Shown: piece by piece, positions 39,075 to 48,630 of the stretch
Layout: each line of letters begins with the position of its first letter
Numbering within the stretch: the first letter of the stretch is position 1
From: a virus
DNA: 64,000 nucleotides
Strand: one strand, 5' to 3'
Virus record (IMG/VR): IMGVR_UViG_3300020045_010174
Span: 678 to 64,677 of that record
Translations under genes and position numbers: made by a program
The notes under the pieces: model-generated
Databases searched by the model: none
Seen by the model: the letters and a program-made list of their open reading frames with translations, nothing else
Told to the model about the DNA's origin: nothing

Positions 39075-39815
39075 GTGAGTATTATTTGCAGATTAGCATT
39101 TATTACAAGTAATAATATAGACAGAAGAATCTTAAATGAACTATTCATCGCCCTGGAGAAATCTATGGGCGGTGATGGAAATGGTATTGGTGGATTTATT
39201 GGAGGACATCCTCTCGTATCTAAATCAACGAAAGCAACGGCAGATAAATTTGTATCTGATATGCAATGGGATAACAACAGATATATATTCCATACCAGAC
39301 GAGCGTCAGTAGGTAGTATTGATGATGATAATTGTCACCCCTTTATATGGGGAAATACAATCACAATGCATAACGGACATATTGATGGAGCCGGAGTTCT
39401 GAAGCTTATGATGCTTGAGAATCTTGATCAGTATGAAGATGATGGGTGGACACTTGAAAAGTTAAGTAATTCCACAGACAGTAATATAATGGCATATTTT
39501 ATCTGGAAGCGAGGATTTGAGATAGTGTCATTATTGTCGTGTGGAACAGTAGTAACTATGTATCCGCATCAGACATTACTGCATGCTGGCAATGCTTTGG
39601 AAGCCATCAGAGTTAATGGTGAATGGATCTTCGCATCCGAATTTCCCGACACTATGGGTATGGCATCAGATCAGTGGCTGGTATTTGAAAAAGGTACCGA
39701 GATAACAGTAAAGAACACAGATGAATATATTATCACCAAAGGATGTTGTTTTGATGGTAAGAAAATTTATCTATTAAAAAAAGAGAGCGAAAGAAAAAAT
39801 AAGAAAAGAAAATAA
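39075..39815 (+). CDS. class-II glutamine amidotransferase-like (Ntn-hydrolase fold) protein 1
   Basis: 'MHNGHIDGAG' (HNG motif) and 'FHTRRASVGS' with an N-proximal Cys ('..SIICRLAFI'). The annotated start is GTG; an in-frame ATT directly before the Cys would make it N-terminal. Confidence 0.45.
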   Translation: MSIICRLAFITSNNIDRRILNELFIALEKSMGGDGNGIGGFIGGHPLVSKSTKATADKFVSDMQWDNNRYIFHTRRASVGSIDDDNCHPFIWGNTITMHNGHIDGAGVLKLMMLENLDQYEDDGWTLEKLSNSTDSNIMAYFIWKRGFEIVSLLSCGTVVTMYPHQTLLHAGNALEAIRVNGEWIFASEFPDTMGMASDQWLVFEKGTEITVKNTDEYIITKGCCFDGKKIYLLKKESERKNKKRK

Positions 39816-39833
39816 AATTATGGAGGTAGCAAT

Positions 39834-41486
39834 ATGAAAGGTAAAATAAAAGGAAATATCCCAACGTCAAATGTTGAATGTCTTTCTCAGAGAGAAAGTA
39901 TGCAGAGTTATATAGGCACTTTTGGTAAATATTTTTCCAGAGTTGGTAACTGGTTAAATAATATTGATGCATCTAGTGCAAGAGATACCGCACTTATATA
40001 CACAAAGGTAAATAAGATGTCAGCATGTGCTTCATGCACCAATGAAACATGTCTTCAAATTCCCGATAAGTGGAAATTTGGTCCAGAGTCCCCGATATGG
40101 GAGCATAGCTTCTTGAATCAAAAAACTCCCGAATTCATGAGAGTAGAATCATCTGTATTTGAGAGAAGACTTTGTGATAAATCCATCATGATAACACTTC
40201 AAACAAATACATATGATAGAGTTATCGCAGAGTTTTGTCCATCCAAAAAAGTATTATTAACAACCGACTGGACCCACGATGAAACAACGATGGAATTTGT
40301 AAGAGAGGTGTTGGATATGATGGCAGATATGGGATTACTTTCAACCCGTTCAAATAAACCCATCAAGCCTAATATCACACTCGGTGCAGATCCAGAATTA
40401 GAATTTGTGGATCAAGATACGAAGATGGTATTACATTGTGGTGATGCTGGAATTCAGGATAGAATTCCAATGAGTCCAGGTTCAAGTACAGGTAGAATCG
40501 GAAAAGATGGATCCGCAGCACAGAGAGAAATAAGACCAGAACCATCCCCCACACCAGAGGGTCTTGTCGAAAATATAGACAAACTCATTGGTGCTGCATT
40601 AGATGAGCAGTGGTCATTGAAGGGAGAAAAATATTCCCTCGGTGGACATATACATATTGGAGGAATAACAGAGTCAAGGGACTTTATTAAGTTGCTTGAT
40701 TATTACCTTGCACCTCTCTCAATATTGAATTCTTCAATGAGATCGGGTTCTTCGTATGGAAAATCCGGCGACTATAGAAAGCAGCCATATGGTCTTGAAT
40801 ATAGAGTTCCACCGGCTGGATGGTTAGCATCCAGAAGATTAGCAACAATTACATTAAAGATAGTTAAGCTTGTTGCTGAGAAACATTATACTGGGGAAGA
40901 TATAGAACTTACAGATGACCTCAATCGTGACCTAACAACACTTGGATTAACTATGGAAGAAGTAGTAACATTCTTCACAGAAATAAAATCTTTCCAGGAA
41001 AATGGTCTTCCAGATAATCTACAGAAAGCATGGGGATATAAAAATCCAATAAAGTTTTCTCTAGAATTTAGAGATGGGTGGAACGAAGATGTTAAAAAAT
41101 ACATCAACGGTCTTGTAATCGAGATGGCTAAAAAGGAAGAATTGGGTGGACGTGTGGTTCTATATGGGCTTGATGCATCGAGGGGAAATGTTTTCTCATT
41201 GGTCATGGCTCATATGAATGGAATAGATATGCCGGAGAACTATGGGTTTATGCCGCCACTAAAACAAGGTGCAGGTATAAATCATGTTGGTATACCATCA
41301 TCCATTAGAAGTAGTCTACCGGAGGCTAAACATATGGCAGAGGTTGTTCTTGAGGTAATCAGAAGAACTATCAACCCGCCCAAACCAAAGAAAAATAAAA
41401 AATCCAAACATGAGGAAGAAGAGGCAGTGGAAGTCGATATACCTACCGGATGGACATACACACAAACCTTATCCAGGAGATCATAA
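39834..41486 (+). CDS. Amidoligase_2-family amidoligase paralog 2 (N-terminal ~190-aa extra domain)
   Basis: 'LGADPELEFV', 'YSLGGHIHIGG', 'YGLEYRVPPAGW'. Confidence 0.6.
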   Translation: MKGKIKGNIPTSNVECLSQRESMQSYIGTFGKYFSRVGNWLNNIDASSARDTALIYTKVNKMSACASCTNETCLQIPDKWKFGPESPIWEHSFLNQKTPEFMRVESSVFERRLCDKSIMITLQTNTYDRVIAEFCPSKKVLLTTDWTHDETTMEFVREVLDMMADMGLLSTRSNKPIKPNITLGADPELEFVDQDTKMVLHCGDAGIQDRIPMSPGSSTGRIGKDGSAAQREIRPEPSPTPEGLVENIDKLIGAALDEQWSLKGEKYSLGGHIHIGGITESRDFIKLLDYYLAPLSILNSSMRSGSSYGKSGDYRKQPYGLEYRVPPAGWLASRRLATITLKIVKLVAEKHYTGEDIELTDDLNRDLTTLGLTMEEVVTFFTEIKSFQENGLPDNLQKAWGYKNPIKFSLEFRDGWNEDVKKYINGLVIEMAKKEELGGRVVLYGLDASRGNVFSLVMAHMNGIDMPENYGFMPPLKQGAGINHVGIPSSIRSSLPEAKHMAEVVLEVIRRTINPPKPKKNKKSKHEEEEAVEVDIPTGWTYTQTLSRRS

Positions 41487-42226
41487 TGTGTGGGATTTCT
41501 GGTATCATCCCACTTTCAAATGATGTAAGTAAAGAAACCACGTTAGAAGTAACGAAATTTCTTTTATTAGAAAATGAAAGTAGGGGAAGAGATGCCACAG
41601 GAATAGCAACGATGAATATTGCAGATAAGAAAGTTTTAATCTGCAAGCAAGCCGAAACAGCGAAGGAATTTATTACTCACCTCACAACGGAACATATCTG
41701 GGGGCCAGTAATATGTCATAATAGAGCAAAGACGAGAGGTGAACCAGAAGATCCAGAGAATAATCATCCTATGTTTGGACCAAAATTTTGTATGGTTCAT
41801 AACGGAATGGTTCATTCTATGAAAGAATTACCGGAATATAAACTGAAAGGTAAGTGTGATACTGAGGTTCTTCTATCATATTTTGAAGTAAAGGGTATAA
41901 AGCAAGCTATCCCCGAAATTGATGGTAGTGCAGCAGTAGCAATATTTAGCCCCCTCGATCGTATGTTTTATCTTTATAGACATACAAGCCCGTTATCGAT
42001 AGCATACTTCCCGGGTAAGGCAATCGTATTTTCAAGTTTGGATTCCCCACTCAAAAAAGTAGGAGCCATGCTCGGTGTAGAAAAGACACTAGGTCTTTTT
42101 AACAATTACCACCTTGTGGATGTGGAGGAGGGACAGTTAATAACAATGGATCTATCGACAAACAATATATCCCTCGATATGATAAAAATTGAATACAAGG
42201 CAGGCAATTGGTGTAATGTAAAATAG
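41486..42226 (+). CDS. class-II (Ntn) glutamine amidotransferase domain protein 2
   Basis: Begins 'MCGISGII' (catalytic N-terminal Cys). 'RGRDATGIA' and 'VHNGMVHS' motifs follow. Its ATG overlaps the stop of 39834-41486. Confidence 0.65.
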   Translation: MCGISGIIPLSNDVSKETTLEVTKFLLLENESRGRDATGIATMNIADKKVLICKQAETAKEFITHLTTEHIWGPVICHNRAKTRGEPEDPENNHPMFGPKFCMVHNGMVHSMKELPEYKLKGKCDTEVLLSYFEVKGIKQAIPEIDGSAAVAIFSPLDRMFYLYRHTSPLSIAYFPGKAIVFSSLDSPLKKVGAMLGVEKTLGLFNNYHLVDVEEGQLITMDLSTNNISLDMIKIEYKAGNWCNVK

Positions 42227-42236
42227 AGGTGATAGT

Positions 42237-43547
42237 ATGAAAAAAGTTATAAGAAGAAATGAACTTCTTGTAAAAAATGCTGCATCTGATGAATGTATCG
42301 ATGAGTATATAGATATACTCAAACCATACTTCAACAAAATCACGCATCATTATACTACAAATCACAATCTAAATCACGATTGTATTTTAGTATACTCGTA
42401 TTTCCCCAATGAAATATGTTGTGATAATTGTAGGCAAAAACCAATCACAATAAATATTTCTCAGTTGGATTCATCTATTCCTATCAAAAAGGGATTTGGT
42501 GACAATAGATTCCGAGATGAGCCGTGCTCGAGACTTTTACGTATTCGATATGGTTCATTAACTTTTGGATATTATTGTGTTAGAAACAATATGATGTTGG
42601 CAGCAGACTTTGCACATGTGGATGGAAATCAACCTCATCTAAAGGTCATACTTGAAACTTTATATGATACGGATATTCTCATACACATGGAAGATAAAAG
42701 AGGACAATGCGAAATCACTCTCGGAACAGATCCAGAAATGGAAGCTATGGTGGATGGAAAAATTATTGCGGGTAATTGTTTGCCAAGTATTCGTAGCAAC
42801 GATAAGGCATATATATCTCATGATGGTGCAAGAAATCAACGGGAACTTAGACCAGATCCATCGAAATCACCAGAAGAATTAGTTGAAAATATTCGAGACC
42901 TAATCCGCATATCTTCCTTCTTCGGCGAAGAACTGATTATTGCGGGGAATAATTATTCCCTTGGTGGACATATACACATTGGGGGAGCTTATCCAAGCGC
43001 TGAAATTATAGAAGTGTTGGATTACTTCTTATATCCATTAAACGCATTATCTGGTAAAATAAGAAAAGATAGTCAGTATGGGAAAATGGGTGATTTTAGA
43101 TATCAGCCGCATGGTTTTGAATATCGTACCCCTCCCGCCGCATGGCTATTAACACCGGAATTGGCCTTAAAAACTCTACAGCTTACAAAAGTTTCGATAG
43201 AAACTCTGTTAAATACTGGAGAAGTTATTGTCTCGGAGGAAAATACCTGGTCTAATTATTTAGAAGATCTTCGTCAATTTCCTATATGTACCGAGGAATG
43301 GATCGAAAAATATAAGAATGAATTCAAATGGGCATCCGATAATTTAAATAAACCTCTCAGTGAAACTTGGGGTGTAGATATTCCAAAAGAATTCCGAGCC
43401 CAGAAAAAATACCAATATAGTCCTGATGTCGAAGTATCACGTGTTAATCCAGTGAGGGTAGTTCAATTATGTTCGGATGATGAAGATGAAAATGGTGTAG
43501 AACCTTTAATAAATACTGTCTCATCTCCAGATGTGGATGCATTATGA
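42237..43547 (+). CDS. Amidoligase_2-family amidoligase paralog 3 (N-terminal ~160-aa extra domain)
   Basis: 'LGTDPEMEAMV', 'YSLGGHIHIGG', 'HGFEYRTPPAAW'. Confidence 0.6.
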   Translation: MKKVIRRNELLVKNAASDECIDEYIDILKPYFNKITHHYTTNHNLNHDCILVYSYFPNEICCDNCRQKPITINISQLDSSIPIKKGFGDNRFRDEPCSRLLRIRYGSLTFGYYCVRNNMMLAADFAHVDGNQPHLKVILETLYDTDILIHMEDKRGQCEITLGTDPEMEAMVDGKIIAGNCLPSIRSNDKAYISHDGARNQRELRPDPSKSPEELVENIRDLIRISSFFGEELIIAGNNYSLGGHIHIGGAYPSAEIIEVLDYFLYPLNALSGKIRKDSQYGKMGDFRYQPHGFEYRTPPAAWLLTPELALKTLQLTKVSIETLLNTGEVIVSEENTWSNYLEDLRQFPICTEEWIEKYKNEFKWASDNLNKPLSETWGVDIPKEFRAQKKYQYSPDVEVSRVNPVRVVQLCSDDEDENGVEPLINTVSSPDVDAL

Positions 43548-43915
43548 AACATAAATCAATACGGTACTTTTTGTCGAAGACTATCTCAGATAGATCTTCT
43601 TCATTTTCTATAGAGAATAGAAATGGAGGAAAATGGTTATGCTATATGGAGAGGCATTCTATAATTGCAGATATGCAAATCAGCAAAAAAAGCTTCAATT
43701 CCTTGATGCGATTCACAAGTGGAGTCACCTGTCAAGAATGTATACATGATGATTGTGATGATTTAGCAGATGAAGTTGAGGAAGCTTTGATAGATATGGT
43801 ATCAAAACATAATAAGAAGCATGGTAGAAAAATGCATACATCTTTCGTTAATGAGCCTCAACCTAAAAGAGAAATGAATCCTTTCGTTGTACAAATATTT
43901 GATCCATCATTATGA
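43544..43915 (+). CDS. hypothetical Cys-containing protein
   Basis: 'CQECIHDDCDD'. Confidence 0.4.
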   Translation: MKHKSIRYFLSKTISDRSSSFSIENRNGGKWLCYMERHSIIADMQISKKSFNSLMRFTSGVTCQECIHDDCDDLADEVEEALIDMVSKHNKKHGRKMHTSFVNEPQPKREMNPFVVQIFDPSL

Positions 43916-44094
43916 AAAATAAAGGAGATGTTATAGAATTTCGTATAAGTGACTTATTCTGGAAAATAGGAATTATTATAGATACAGAAACTTTTCGCGA
44001 AGGATTTGTATATACAATAAGATATCCAGGTGAATATATACACAAACATTTACATATTACTCTTGATGAGATATATACTCGTGATTTAATATGA
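43912..44094 (+). CDS. degenerate member of the tandem mini-gene family
   Basis: 'MKNKGDVIEF...IGIIIDTE...VYTIRYP'. Confidence 0.4.
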   Translation: MKNKGDVIEFRISDLFWKIGIIIDTETFREGFVYTIRYPGEYIHKHLHITLDEIYTRDLI

Positions 44095-44819
44095 CCATTT
44101 ATAAAAAACCATTAAGCCCATCGAGTATTAACACATATTTAAATTGCCCCTATAGTTGGTATCTTAGATATGTTAAAAAAATAAAACTCGGATCAAATGA
44201 TGCTGGAATATTTGGATCGTTCGTTCATAAAGTATATGAATATTTCTGGGATTTTTATACTTCGGGATCAAATATTACATCAGCTGTAATAAATGCCACC
44301 GATAAATATATGTCTTCTCCAAAAGAAACGCATCCAAATATAGAGCCAGAATATGAAGAGGCCGCACACATTTGCCTCGAAAACTTTATTTCTAAAATAG
44401 AAAAGTATCCAACCTACATACCAATATATAAAGAGCTGAGGTGCGAAAACCCCATCAATAATACTGTGGCCATCATTGATACTGTATATGAAGATAAAAT
44501 CGTAGATTATAAAACTTCAACACAGTATACAATAAAACCTAAGCTACCGAATAAAATACAGGCTTTAATGTGTAGTCAAAATCTTTTGGAAGTATATGGT
44601 CTAAATATAAAAGACGTGGAATTTTGGTATGTTAGATTCAACAAATATCAAAATGTAAAGATTGATGCTGCTCTTACTGAAGAAGTGAATAATATCATTG
44701 AGAATGTGAAGGAGTCTATAAAGAAGGACGAGTTTCCAAAACAAGAAACAAATTGTTTTTTCTGTGATTATAAATTAATTTGTGAATCAGAAAAAAGATA
44801 TAATAACAAAAGGAGGTAA
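44091..44819 (+). CDS. Cas4-like PD-(D/E)xK nuclease with Fe-S cluster cysteines
   Basis: N-terminal Cys 'CPYSWYLRY', 'IIDTVYEDKIVDYKTS' (D..E.K core) and C-terminal 'CFFCDYKLICE' (three-Cys cluster). Confidence 0.6.
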   Translation: MTIYKKPLSPSSINTYLNCPYSWYLRYVKKIKLGSNDAGIFGSFVHKVYEYFWDFYTSGSNITSAVINATDKYMSSPKETHPNIEPEYEEAAHICLENFISKIEKYPTYIPIYKELRCENPINNTVAIIDTVYEDKIVDYKTSTQYTIKPKLPNKIQALMCSQNLLEVYGLNIKDVEFWYVRFNKYQNVKIDAALTEEVNNIIENVKESIKKDEFPKQETNCFFCDYKLICESEKRYNNKRR

Positions 44820-44820
44820 A

Positions 44821-45015
44821 ATGACATTAAAGGTAGGGGATATTTTACATACCCGATCCCATATAAATAATTTTTATGTGGGTATATTTCTGGGAAAAAT
44901 ACGTGATTATTATACGGTGCGATACTTTGTCGAGGGTGATACAACCGGACATTCGACTACCAGATACACCTCTTTAAATGAAATGTATGGCTCATGGGAG
45001 GATTACGAGATATGA
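44821..45015 (+). CDS. tandem mini-gene family member C1
   Basis: 'MTLKVGDILHT...YYTVRYF...'; SD 'aaggaggtaaa'. Confidence 0.55.
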   Translation: MTLKVGDILHTRSHINNFYVGIFLGKIRDYYTVRYFVEGDTTGHSTTRYTSLNEMYGSWEDYEI

Positions 45016-45200
45016 AACCAGGAACCATCTTATTTACCAAACCGAGTATAAATTATTTATATGCGGCAATATATGAAGGTATAAATAATGATTATGGATA
45101 CTACGCAGTGAGATATACCGGTGGAATATCCCCTATACCTCAGCATACTGTTGTTCATTATAAAACATTAACTGAGTTATTTGAAGTATGGGGGAGATAA
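45012..45200 (+). CDS. tandem mini-gene family member C2
   Basis: 'MKPGTILFTKP...YYAVRYT...'; ATGA overlap. Confidence 0.55.
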   Translation: MKPGTILFTKPSINYLYAAIYEGINNDYGYYAVRYTGGISPIPQHTVVHYKTLTELFEVWGR

Positions 45201-45202
45201 TT

Positions 45203-45373
45203 ATGGAGTTAGGTGATATATTAACTTATCGAACAGCTTTACTTATAGGAGTTTATGCTGGTATACGAAGAGGTGATAAAAAGCACATTGTTAGGTGGAT
45301 TAATAAGGATCATCATTCAGATGCTTCATATGAAGATATGGATGAAATATTTTTCTTCTGGGAAAAAATATGA
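45203..45373 (+). CDS. tandem mini-gene family member C3
   Basis: 'MELGDILTYR...HIVRWI...'. Confidence 0.5.
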   Translation: MELGDILTYRTALLIGVYAGIRRGDKKHIVRWINKDHHSDASYEDMDEIFFFWEKI

Positions 45374-45543
45374 CAATTAAAATAGGGGATGTAATTACAC
45401 ATACAAGTCATCTGGGTATCGTGGGTATATACATCGGTAAAGTTAATGGTTTATTACAGGTGAGGACTATTGATACAAGCACTCATAAATCATATGTTTA
45501 TGAGGAAAAAGATCAACTTGAGTATTTTTGGAGGCATTTTTAA
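45370..45543 (+). CDS. tandem mini-gene family member C4 (57 aa, not in ORF track)
   Basis: 'MTIKIGDVITH...LLQVRTI...LEYFWRHF'; ATGA overlap with C3. Confidence 0.5.
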   Translation: MTIKIGDVITHTSHLGIVGIYIGKVNGLLQVRTIDTSTHKSYVYEEKDQLEYFWRHF

Positions 45544-45586
45544 AACGAGCGAAATATATTAGAGGTAGCTTCTTAGTTATACCTAA

Positions 45587-46828
45587 ATGACCACAAGCTT
45601 TATATACTTGGGAGTCATATTAGGATATAATATCAAGGACAAGTGTCCAAGAGGTTACGGAATGTTTGAAGAACTAGCAAAAGATTTCAATATAACAACT
45701 GCCAGAGTGGCAGAAGAATATGCAAGGATAGAAGCTTCTTATAAAAGAGATTACGATCTATCTGGAAAAGAATTAGAAAATGAAGTTCTCGGTATGCTAC
45801 GGTTCCACCTGGGTGCATTAACCGGAAAATCAAAAGGAGAATTGTTAAAGGGGATAATCTTGGGGGCAGATAAAGTAAAAGACCAAGCCAACCCTACAAA
45901 TAAAGCATCGAGAAGAAATCAGTATGTGGATGAGTATGTATCTAACCCAACCGAAACAATTGCAAGTGGTAAAGTCGCTGTCTTGAAATTGGGAGCTGAT
46001 GGAATACTCGTTAGAACAATGAAGAATGTAAAAACAGGAGAAGTTACATCTGATACTGTCACAGAAAATATATGGAAGGAAGAGAGAATCCGAGTAAAGG
46101 ATGACTTTGTAATTCCACTTGAAGATAAACCAAAGTGGCCCAATGGATCTGATAACCGGGGTTATCTTAAGGCCCTCCCATTACATCAATATCAAACCAC
46201 ATTGTTGATATCCTTAAAGACAGATACTGGATATAAGCTCGCGGAATTCAATTATAATAGTGAGAGACATCCGGGAAAAATTCCAATGTATGTCCCAATA
46301 GAATTCGTGGCTACAGTAAGGGAAGAGAAGAATGGAATAATCCAGTTGGGAACAAGTAAGTTAACATCCTTTGAACCAGTCAATGAAGACTTCGGAAAGA
46401 CACCAAAGGAATTAATAGAAGCATTCCTAGCAGACATAAAATATCCTATAGCAAAACTCACCGAATATCATCAGGCGATGGTAGCTGCCGGTAAGCAATG
46501 GGATACACTTGTCATGTTGGAGGCATGGGTTGGTGAAATCAAGGGTCTTGATAAAATACCATTCCTACTCGTAGGAGATGAATCAACAACTGACCCGAAG
46601 CAACACATAAGAGTATTCTTACACGAGGGATTAATGCCGATAATATATGCTCAGAACAGTAAAGTATATATAATTGGTAGAACATCCCAAGGCGATAAGT
46701 ACGATATCGAAACCAAGAAAGTGCTCAAAGGAGTTCTTGGCGACATTACTGTGTGGGCCCTCGGAGTATTTCCAAAATATAACATGAAACCATCGGGTGT
46801 TAAACCATTAACAGGAGTCACGTTATAA
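45587..46828 (+). CDS. hypothetical protein (413 aa)
   Basis: Long ORF at the start of the replication module; no recognisable motif. Confidence 0.5.
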   Translation: MTTSFIYLGVILGYNIKDKCPRGYGMFEELAKDFNITTARVAEEYARIEASYKRDYDLSGKELENEVLGMLRFHLGALTGKSKGELLKGIILGADKVKDQANPTNKASRRNQYVDEYVSNPTETIASGKVAVLKLGADGILVRTMKNVKTGEVTSDTVTENIWKEERIRVKDDFVIPLEDKPKWPNGSDNRGYLKALPLHQYQTTLLISLKTDTGYKLAEFNYNSERHPGKIPMYVPIEFVATVREEKNGIIQLGTSKLTSFEPVNEDFGKTPKELIEAFLADIKYPIAKLTEYHQAMVAAGKQWDTLVMLEAWVGEIKGLDKIPFLLVGDESTTDPKQHIRVFLHEGLMPIIYAQNSKVYIIGRTSQGDKYDIETKKVLKGVLGDITVWALGVFPKYNMKPSGVKPLTGVTL

Positions 46829-47059
46829 TGAGATTTGTACTGGCTACAGAAGAAAGTATGACAGTCGAGGAAGGAGAGAAGACTCTTCTTCTTTTGGAAG
46901 AAGTATTCCATGGTCTCAAATTAACTCTCACTGAGTCAGAGCTCAGTGAAATAGATGTAGAGGAGACAAAGATTGGGGATGGTGTTCTTATACAGGAACA
47001 TTTTTTCGAATCTAAAATTGTCAGAAAAAAAGAATCCAAGAAAAGAAAGTAGGTTTTAA

Positions 47060-47887
47060 ATGGCTATAAGTGGTTTAATATTACCAGTGAAACCGAAGAA
47101 GGATGAGCCGGTGGTTCCTCTTTTTTCAGAAGCAGATATAAAGGGATGGATGACAAATGGTACATCCGTAGATAGTGAAATATGTGCTTTATTTGTTGGT
47201 GATCCTAAGACATGTAAGACGGGAACAGCTCTCGATAGAAGAACTCCAGAGGAAAAAGCAGCCGGAAAGAAAATCATTTGTATTGAATTAAATTCAGATA
47301 ATGGATGTAAGATTAATAAGAAAGTATTCCATGCAGATGATCCATCGATAATTGTAATTGATCCAAGAGAATTCACAGTCAATGATGAAGGTGATTGGGA
47401 ATTTGATTATATCAAAACAATGGCTAAAATTAAAGCCTTCCTCGCATACATCAAATCAAATTTGGATACCTTAAACGTTAAGACAATTGTATTTGATGGT
47501 GCGGATGTATATCTATCTGAAATTTGTGAAAATCAAATGAGGATGGATGAACATCTGGATGTATCCGGTGGTGTCAAAATGACATTCTGGAAGAGGCGTA
47601 ATAAATATTTCTACGATGTTATGAATATGTTATTCACAATTGACGTCGATAAAATTATTATTACTCATTTCAAGAAGGATGAGGCGGGAAAAGAAGTCTA
47701 TAATATTCAAAAAGATTTCCCGGATAAAGTCCACCAGATCGTAGAGTTCCGAAAGGATACAAAAACAAATAAACACACCGCAAAGATTGTCAGTGATAGA
47801 CGCGACAAGCCCGCTGTTCTCAATAAAGAACAGGTCGTTATGGAGACAGTAGATGGAAAGAAAATATGGCACAAGTTGGATCTATAA
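47060..47887 (+). CDS. putative P-loop NTPase with deviant Walker A
   Basis: 'VGDPKTCKTGTAL' (GxxxxCKT) and 'IVFDGADVYL' (Walker B-like hhhhDxxD); weak call. Confidence 0.3.
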   Translation: MAISGLILPVKPKKDEPVVPLFSEADIKGWMTNGTSVDSEICALFVGDPKTCKTGTALDRRTPEEKAAGKKIICIELNSDNGCKINKKVFHADDPSIIVIDPREFTVNDEGDWEFDYIKTMAKIKAFLAYIKSNLDTLNVKTIVFDGADVYLSEICENQMRMDEHLDVSGGVKMTFWKRRNKYFYDVMNMLFTIDVDKIIITHFKKDEAGKEVYNIQKDFPDKVHQIVEFRKDTKTNKHTAKIVSDRRDKPAVLNKEQVVMETVDGKKIWHKLDL

Positions 47888-48100
47888 TTACTTCTGAAAT
47901 AATTGTAGATAATGTAATATGGTTTGATCGCTTTGATACTATATCAAGGGAGATCTTATTATTTTTTGAAAAAACAATTTTATTAAATGTCCGTGTGGAA
48001 TCACTCCACATAGAAGCTAATAAACCAACAACTGCCAAAATATTCTACCATTCGGATGTAATAATCCCATGGGCGAAAGTATAATAAATAGGAAAGGAAT

Positions 48101-48397
48101 ATGAATAAAATATCAGTAGTGCTCATAGTAGCACTTATATTAGCACTTCTAAGTGCAGCACAGCCAGCAACCGCAACAGAGTTGGAGGTATATAATTATG
48201 TCACAACTCATCAAGATAATCCACGCAATGCAGTAATCCTGAATGACCTTGTCTATCAGTATGGAACGATGGAAAAGCTCGTAGCAAAGATGAATTACTT
48301 AGCAACTCAGCCAGTATTCATACTGAACTTCGATGAGAAATATGACCCAACCTCAGGAAACATTCGCTACACTGGTGTGTGGGCAGTAGTGAGATAA
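48101..48397 (+). CDS. secreted small protein
   Basis: Signal peptide 'MNKISVVLIVALILALLSAAQPATA'. Confidence 0.45.
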   Translation: MNKISVVLIVALILALLSAAQPATATELEVYNYVTTHQDNPRNAVILNDLVYQYGTMEKLVAKMNYLATQPVFILNFDEKYDPTSGNIRYTGVWAVVR

Positions 48398-48630
48398 CAT
48401 GGCAGCACCCAACCTTAAGCAGAAAGAAATTGTTAAGCCGGGGGCAACCGAACCAGATATGACTGCTACCACTATGGGAATGCAGGATAGAATAAAAATG
48501 GATAACACACTCGGTACATTAAAAAGTACTGAGAAAGATACTGCCAAGAAAACCTTAAAAGGTTTGATACAGTAAAGATAGAGGGTGGACTTGTAAAAAA
48601 GTTCGCCCTTTTTTATCTACGGAGATTTAT

